A stretch of 64,000 bases of DNA, from positions 242,172,001 through 242,236,000 of the forward strand of contig OZ024740.1 in assembly GCA_964016885.1 (NCBI GenBank). Reading direction: 5' to 3'. Positions within the stretch are counted from its first letter, which is position 1, and each line of letters opens with the position of its first letter. The notes under the pieces were generated by a model, which saw only the letters and a list, made by a program, of their open reading frames with translations, was not told where the DNA came from and made no database searches. The translations under genes were made by a program, and so were the position numbers. This DNA comes from Eledone cirrhosa (taxonomy: Eukaryota). Of this stretch, positions 55,773 through 64,000 are shown one piece after another.

Positions 55773-56329
55773 ACATACATACATACATACATACATACAT
55801 ACATACATACATACATACATACATACATACATACATACATACATACATACATACATACATACGTACGTTGGCTATATGAATAGAATGAAGCAATACACCC
55901 AGAGCTAAATCATTTCACAGCGAAACAATTACGCCAACAAGCGACGTTTGTTGAACGTAAAAATAAGATAAATATGATTAATTGTAAGTCCTCCTGTTTT
56001 GGTGCCCGTGTAGTTACGAGAATACATAGACACCTTTGACCCAGCAGAAGGCCCAGGATGTAACAAATGGTGGAGATAGAACTGTATGTGCATTGGTCTC
56101 ATACTTTAATTATCGACCACTACCCCCACCACCCCATCACCCCCACCACCCACAAGACGAAAGTTGGAATTGATTTCGTCGAGATTTGAGTGCAGAGACT
56201 CGGGACAAATATCAATCTCAACCTTAAACAATTTACTAGTTCAATTGCACATAAAAAATGAATTATGGAAATAAATACACCGCTAATATTACATTTATCT
56301 AGTATGATATCTATTATTATTTGACAGTT

Positions 56330-56830
56330 ATCTGAATGAAAGCACGGTGCATTGATGTTTCCCTGAAGCTCGAACTCCGCGTCTGTGACCATCACAAATT
56401 CCACTGCGATACCATTGAGGATCCTTTCGGTCTCCACCCACTGTCATGCCATTACAGTGCTGGCCACCTCCTACGCCATGTTGCTCTCAATGAGATCATA
56501 AAGCATAGCTTGGATGGTGCAGGCATCTCTTCCCAGCTCCAGCAAATGGCCAGACGACATGACAATTTTCCCGTTCCCAGGGAGTAGGCTCCTCATCTGG
56601 GTGTTACATGTTGTGACGCCTACTCTAATAGCAACCTAGTGTATTCGGCTACCAGCCCAGGCTCTGCTGCCCGCCAAGCTGAAGAGGGCAAACTGTCCAA
56701 GAATCGGCCGCTCTCAAATAAGTTTGTGGTAGCGCTTGTAACAGTGAGCCCCGCGCGGTGGAGTAGCTACTCCAGCACGTCTCCCTCGCAGTCTTCGGGG
56801 TCAATGTATTCTCCATCATGAGAGTCGGGA
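56330..56830 (+). mobile_element. CRE-like RLE non-LTR element remnant
   Basis: HPLSC..RHVALNEIIKHSL..AGI and PDDMTIFPF..LIW in shifted frames. Confidence 0.55.
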
Positions 56831-57153
56831 CCCAGAAAAGGAGGGTAAGTTAGTTGGTAGTGGAGGATACTCGTTTGGACATCACTTTCACACATCTATT
56901 GAGCGACTCCAAGCACGGTTAATAGTTTACTGAAACGGGAAATTTGTATAAAGAAGGAGAAGGAACACAATATCATTGAAACATTTTGTAATACAAAACT
57001 AGCAAAAGTACAGCCAGCATGGCGGGTTTTTGCTAGGGTAAGTATGTGTCTGTTTTGTAATGTTTCTTTCAATGTACACACATTTATGAAAAGGGAAGAA
57101 CTAATTTTTTAACATTAAAGTTATAAGAACTCGCAGCCTTTGTTTAATTTAAT

Positions 57154-57343
57154 ATAATTGTTTCTACTTTTGGCACAAGGTCAGCAATTATCCCAGTGTA
57201 TTACTGGTGCTTTATTTTATCGACCCCGTAAGGATGAAAGGCAAAGTTAACCTCGGCGGAATTTGAACTCAGACCATAAAGGGCCGTAACTCTTTGCTGC
57301 AAAACATGGCGTCCGACCTTCTACGGATACTGCCAATCCACCG
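57154..57343 (-). mobile_element. SINE family 1
   Basis: Full-length match to other copies. Confidence 0.88.
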
Positions 57344-59740
57344 CTTAATTTAATATAATGCCCTTTTTTTTCCGCTACAAAATGGTAACTTCCCCAACTT
57401 AATTAAACAAAGAAGGGATATGAACCAGCCTATTGCAGGATCTTTAATGAAATTTGAACCCGTACTGATTTTCGAATAAAAATAGTTTTTTGTCGACACT
57501 CAGCTACTCCATAACCCCTGTTGTAGGAGCGCGCAGTGTGACGAATCACTTATCATTAAAGAACATTTCTTTCGTGGTGGGAGAACGATACAAACCTACA
57601 ACGACATATTTGATTTTGCTGCTTTATTTACTTCAATACTTAAGTACATTATTTATATTTGCTGACGCCAGAAAGCATTCGGAAACAGAAAGTATCATTT
57701 ATTGTAGATTTAGGAGTAATTATTGATGTTTAACTGTTGTACAAGGCTACAGAATGTTAGGAAAAGGAAAGAGCTCACAGCATTTACTCCAAAGCGTTGC
57801 CGGTACTTATTTGGAGACTTCCATATGCCAACTATAAGGTGTGTTTATCGATTGCTATTGTAGTCATTTTTTGTTTGTTTTGTTTCATTCAGACAAAGCT
57901 AAAAATCACATTTTAAAAAAAAACAACTTTATTACTGACATTAAAACATATGAATTACCATCATTGCTTCATAGATTTACATCAAATGTAAATTAATCAG
58001 CTTTCTAACAGCCACTTACAACATTCTTGTTTGGAAATCTTGTAAGTACATAGGTGTAATTCCAGAGTAACACACTCATCCATAATAAAGTATATTTAAA
58101 CTCTACTGGATATATCATAATTATGTAATATATACAATTTTCTGCTGCAATAAGATGGAGAGTTTTTTACATTAGCTTCGGCGGGAAGCTAAACCGATGA
58201 CAGGGAGATAATTTGTAAATTTTGTTGTTATAGAGTTACGTCCCCTGTCCTTAACATTATTTATATGAGAGTTATTCGTTTTTACAGGTGACTAAATCGT
58301 TTACACTTGTCGGTTAAACGAGTTAGCATCTTTCATTCATACAAATTTCTTTTTATTATTTTCCCTTTTAATTTACAACATGTTTAATACGAGAATTAAA
58401 ATGAATTCAGGATTTCTTAGTCGAAGCTATCTTTGAAATAGTCGAAGCTATCTCTGAAATTGCTAAATTTTCTTGAATTGTTATTATCTGGAATCCTTTA
58501 ATATTCTATTTAATTTATTATGTTTTTTTTTCTCTCTTAACTGAAAATGTAGTTTTCACTAGTATCACGTTTGTGGCAACATTTATTTATTTCATCAACT
58601 AGATCTTGTTTCAACCTCAGTTAGTCCGTTCTGGGGGATATTGGGTTCGATTCCTTATATCGACCGATGATAACTTCTTTTTCTATGTTTAGGGGTCTTC
58701 ATCCTATCTTATCAGCCATTTTATAGCATATCTGAGCATGAGCATATAATTTTTAATATTAACAATATATATTTATTTAAATTCCGTTCTGAAGGATTTT
58801 TATTAAAGTTACATCAATCAATGATACGAGTTTTCGGTCATAACTGAAAACTGTTTGTTAGCCTCGACTGTAGTGACGGTGGGTGTAGGGCGGGATACCT
58901 TTTTTTCTCGTTCGAGGCTGCCAAGTCACTTATCTGCATCATAAATTTGACACAAGTTCCAGTGCTAACTTTGTCGGTTCAAGCATTAAACCCTGGAACT
59001 GCTGCTTGCAACGAGTCATTAACGGCCAAATTCTGTTCCCTACCTGTCACTTTTGAGACCGTCTGTGTACTCGGCAGGCGGACTGCCACTCATGAGCCTA
59101 AGGAAATAACATGGTGAATTAGAGTGGTTGATGGAGCGGATATTATTGTTTTTGGCATCTTGTCCTCGGGGCGTAAATGAGATGTGAGGTTCAACAGTAT
59201 ATAGTTCTTTTCTTCTCTATACTTTTATAACCCGAGGGAATCGATATTTCCTATTGAGGAACTTTAACTTTTTGACTTTTATTACATTTTTGTATTGTAT
59301 CATTTCTATTTATTACCATTCTTATTATTATAAATGAAAGCAGCGAAGAGGGAAAGAGTGAATGACTCTCCGGTTGTGCCTGTATGTTGGACAATGGCAG
59401 TTGCGAGAGGTCCTTCGTTCTTGATGCAGGGTCAGATTTATTAAGGGGCAAAGAGGGCGAATGCCCTTATCTCCTCTCTTTTCAAACAAGAACACCCCTG
59501 TTGTTACTTTTGTGAGAACAGAGCTAGAAAGGTGCCATTTAGGGACATACCAAGGTATGCTTTTACAATGTAATTGATGTCGCTTTTGTGTGAATTCCTC
59601 AAAATATCTCTACTTTAGCGATACCTATTGCCGTAAATGGAGGTGATGGTGTATATGTGCATATGATGTATATGGTGTATATGAACGCATGCATATTGGT
59701 GTATGTATGTATAGTTATGTGCTTATGTGTGTTTGTGTAT

Positions 59741-59915
59741 ATAATTGTTTCTAATGTTGGCACAAGGCCAGCAATTGCCACAGTGCATTACTGGTACTTT
59801 ATTTTATCGACCCCGTAAGGGTGAAAGGCAAAGTTAACCTTGGCGGGATTTGAACTCAGATCATAAAGGGCCGTAACTCTATGCGTCAAAGCATGGCGTC
59901 CGACCCTCTACCGAT
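59741..59915 (-). mobile_element. SINE family 1
   Basis: Core and tail match other copies. Confidence 0.85.
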
Positions 59916-60962
59916 AATGACCATTCCTTTCCGATCTCAATGATTTGACCTCATGATTTGGTAATGGACATTCGAAGACATTCAAAGCAATGTGAAATCT
60001 TGTCATCTCTATTCAGTTTCTGTTGTCTTGTTCTCACTTACCACCCTTTCTTTTTCTTTCTCTTTATCTATCTATCTATCTATATAAAGAAATATATCTA
60101 TCTATCTTTCTCAAGGACAATCCTGTCCGGTATTTTCTCAACTCTCTCTGGCCTCATTTGTACCAGAACCTCGATGCAGATTCCAAATCAGTTATGCCGG
60201 TCTGTCCTGTCTACAGATAGGAGGGTGTCCTGATCCTTCTTCAGGATGCAACGTAGGATCCACCATATGTTGACCTCTGCTGGGACCCTGGTTATTTTTA
60301 TTTTGTAGGATCTTCTTCCCATGTATGTGGGGAAGAAGATGTGTTGATCCGTTTTTATTGGGTGAACCGAGTGTTTTTGTGCCAGAGTTTGGCTCTAAAA
60401 ACAAAAAAGACACAAAAAAGACACAAAAACATCTACAGAAAACACGCACACACCAAACCCCACCATAAACACACCACCACAAACGACAAACACGCCAGCA
60501 ACACACTCACCACCAACACAACCAAACACTTCACCAACAAAACAAACACCCACACCACCACAATCACAAACCCCAACCACAAAAAGAAAACTACAAACAG
60601 AAACAGTACACATAAAAAACAAAACACACTACACATACACAAAAACAAGAAACAAAGAACTGGTGGAAACTGTCCGAAAGGATCCCACAATACAAATGGA
60701 AGGGAAAACCTTCCCCACCAACGACCCACCCCCAAACCTCAAACTTATCAGGGTAACAACCCTACAGTATGACACTTTAAAAGAGAACTTCCCACATGAT
60801 GTGGGCCCCCTTGCCAAAAGCCCCTTAACCGTGTCCTGCTAAAATGATTCCCTACCTCCCCAAACACAACCAATCTGGACATAGAGATCGAACAACCCGA
60901 GCTCCAGAAAACGAAAAGGTAAGTGTTCCTGCCTTTTCTCTCCTTAACTCTTCTTCACCAGC

Positions 60963-63900
60963 ATGGCGACTATACAAGCTGGATGTTTGAATGTACGTGG
61001 CCTGGGCATGTCCTGGAAACAGGGCCAGCTTTTAAATGATCTCAGGTCACATTGTATAGATGTGATAGCCATCACCGAGTCCAGAATTCACGACAAGCAG
61101 CAGCTAACCCCCATGTTCGATGATTTTGAGATCTACGCATCTCTCTGTCAGCCAGGAGGTGGAGGGGAAGTTTCTGTTCTGTTTCGAAAAAACTTGGATC
61201 TCAGAATTCAGACGATTCACTTGGACCCGGAGGGCAGCCTGGTGGTCCTGGACGTGAATGGTAGTGAAGGTGGAGCTTTCGGACTGGAGGCGGTATATGC
61301 CCCGACTGGGACATCGCGACCAGAGTTCTTCAAGCGTCTGGAGCCATTCTTGGGAACGTCTCGCTCCTTAGTGTTAGCGGGGGACTGGAATGGCATCTTA
61401 GACGCACGTTGGGACTATGTAGGAGATTGTGATAATAGAGGGGGGTGTAATAGCCTCAAAAATCTCATCAGCCAATTCCAACTGGCTGATAGATATCGAC
61501 TAGACTTCCCAAGTGCACCACTGTGGCCGTGGAGCAACCGCACTGGGTCTTCTAGATCGTATTTAGATAGATTTTTAATTAGACAGAATGATAAGGAAAC
61601 ATTAAGCTGTCCACAAATGCACATTCAGACCACAAATTAGTCACCTGCGTAGTCAACCTTGATAGAACACATAGACAGGGACCCGGATACTGGAAGCTAA
61701 ACATGTCGCTCCCGGCGCGTAAGGCCTACAGTAAACGGATTAGCACCTTAGTTAAGTGCCAGTTGACGGGGGCGATCGTCAACAACAGGTGGTGGAGCTC
61801 TCTCAAGTGAGAAATTAGAATAGAATCAATAACATTTAGCAAGGAAGTAGCTTTAGAAAAAAACAAAACTGAAAAGGAACTGGTAGCTAAAATAGAAGAG
61901 GCGTTTAGGAATGGCAGTATAGCTGACGTGCTAGCGGCGAGAACGAAGGTTGTATTGTCAGAAGTAGAACACGTGCTCTAAGAAACGAGGGAGCCAAATC
62001 TGTTAGCTGGGCCCGAGTGGCAGAGGCGAAAAGTGGCAACAAATCCACAATTCGGTCTTTGCAAGACAAAGATGGACGCATTATGTTTGAATCCAAGCAG
62101 ATGTGCGCGGCCTTCCAGCAGCATTTTGCACAACTGTTCGTGCAAAGCGGTACATCGAGCGACCCTCGAGCACGGATGCGGAGAGCTGCGAAAGGCCAAT
62201 CACAGCGGTCGAAATAGAAGATGCCATAGGCCGCTGCGGGAAACGCAAATCACCCGGTTTAGATGGTCTACCCTATGAGTTTTACATAGGCATGCCAGAC
62301 TTGTTCTCTGGCGTCCTCGAAGCGATCTACTGCAACTGGCAGCAGAACGGGAGGATTCCCAGTTCTGTAGGCAGAGGCGTAGTAACGCTGATCAGGAAAG
62401 ATGAGAACAAGGGGGATGAGATAAGCAATTTCAGGCCCATAACTCTACTCAACACAGAGTTAAATATGTTGGCCAAGGTGTTAGCAGCAAGGCTGGCGCT
62501 TGTCGTTGAGAACCTGGTAGGGGAAGCCCAAACGTGTGCAATCCCGACCAGGTCCATACACGACAACTTCCACCTCATGCGATACATCATAGAGAGGGTA
62601 GGGTAAACCTGGCTTTGGTGGGGCTCTGATCAATTTAGATCAGTCTAAGGCATTTGATAGGGTCGACCATCAATACTTGGAAGCAGTTCTCAAGGCGGCC
62701 GGCTTCGGTCCCGTCTTCAGAGGCTGGATCGTTGCCATGCACACCAGCATCTGCTCGGCAGTCAAGGTGAATGGCTACCTATCATGCGTTCCATCCGTCA
62801 GGGATGCCCTCTCTCCGCCATTCTGTATGTAGTGACTCTCGAGCCGTTACTGCGGAAATTGGAGCTGTTGCAGGGCATCCGATCGAACCAGGTCTGCGGA
62901 AAGCAGCGTCAGCCTAAGCCGACGACATAACCGTAATGGTGTCGAAAACCTTGGAAATGAGGGTAATCGGCTACCTATTACAGGAATACGAAACGTTGAC
63001 AGGAGCAGGACAAAACCCAAACAAGTCTGTCGGTTTGCAACTCGTTTGGACGCTGGACCGAAGGACCGGTGAAATTGCTCGGGATCTGGTTCGGTCCAGA
63101 CCTCCAGGTAGATAAGAACTGGAACGAGGTCACGGCGAAGGTGTTCGCACTCACCCAGAAGTGGGCTGAGTGCAAACTCTCCTTGAAAGGTCGAGCGGAG
63201 GAGGCGAACACTTACATAGCGTCCGTCATCTACTACCACTTGACAGTCGTGCCTTGCCCCCGCGAATACCTTACCAAAATGGAACGCCTACTCGTCAAGT
63301 TCCTCTGGAAGAAACAGGCTCTATTGGTGAGGAGATCCATCTGCTGTCAACACCCTTCTAACGGAGGGCTGGGCATGCCGTGGATGATGATGCGCAAACA
63401 TGCGCTGAGACTACGCCATCTCCAGGTATTCCTGACCGGTGAACCGGTGTGGCTGTCGTTTGTGAGACAAGCTCTTCCACAACTCGTCTCACTAACAGAG
63501 CTGCAGTCCTGGGTCAAGCGAAGACCTAAAATGGGTGCCTGGCACCTTGAGTGCCTACAGGCGCTCACAGCCCTCTAACAAGCGGAAACGGCAATCAGCG
63601 GAGACTTACTTCGACATTCTATAGGGGATTAGTGGAGGATAAGTGCGACGACTTTCTCGAGGAAACTCTAGGCATCGAGGTGGACGAACTGACCAGTCTG
63701 TTCGGGAGGACTTTCCGTCCAGGGCCTATGGATAACTTCCAGAGGTCTCTGGCCTGGCAGTGCTACCGAGGAGCTCTACCAGTTCGAGATAAAATCTACA
63801 GGCACGGACGCCCTGGCAGAGATCCTGCCAAAATGACCTGTCCAAGATGCGAGCAGGACATCGAAACCGTTCTGCACGCAATTGTTCAATGCCCAGGGGT

Positions 63901-64000
63901 GACCGACCTGTGGAATTATGTCGAACAGCTACTGTCACGTGTGGGACGCATCCAGTTGTCAGCCGAGTCCATTGTGAGGATCACCCCGCCGCCTTCATTT
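60963..64000 (+). mobile_element. Tx1/L1-like LINE ORF2 pseudogene, runs off the window
   Basis: CLNVRGL, VYAP, AGDWN, SYLDRF (APE); GYWKLN, KSPGLDGLPYEFY, NFRPITLLN, DQSKAFDRVDH, RQGCPLSP (RT); GGLGMP; CPRC..LHAIVQC finger; A/C-rich ORF1-like debris at 60397-60960. Confidence 0.92.

Noticed and set aside
60341-60772. 143-aa T/K/H/N-rich ORF
   Set aside because: A/C-rich low-complexity sequence upstream of the LINE ORF2, most likely ORF1 debris

Overview
Gene-poor, AT-rich eukaryotic DNA, probably a cephalopod such as Octopus (inferred only from the repeat families). It consists almost entirely of microsatellites and decayed transposable elements: Penelope-like (PLE, GIY-YIG) fragments, R4/Dong-like RLE LINEs, RTE LINEs and their non-autonomous derivatives, a Tx1/L1-like LINE, Gypsy, Helitron, Tc1/maT, hAT and Sola-like DNA elements, and two tRNA-derived SINE families. 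No host protein-coding gene can be supported, and most ORFs in the track are microsatellite translations or TE debris. The main signal is a set of minimal type I hammerhead ribozyme (HHR) motifs from several unrelated sequence families. One family sits in a non-coding 0.36-0.5 kb monomer arranged as head-to-tail and inverted arrays (316-1723, duplicated at 5059-6676), which looks like a PLE-mobilised retrozyme/circular-RNA element and carries an octamer motif. Other HHRs include one with an unusually large branched stem II and degenerate copies in PLE terminal repeats. A second theme is several retrotransposon families repeatedly sharing (TATG)n/(CATA)n microsatellites as landing sites, with consistent polarity. 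All folds and alignments were done by eye and coordinates may be off by a few bases.
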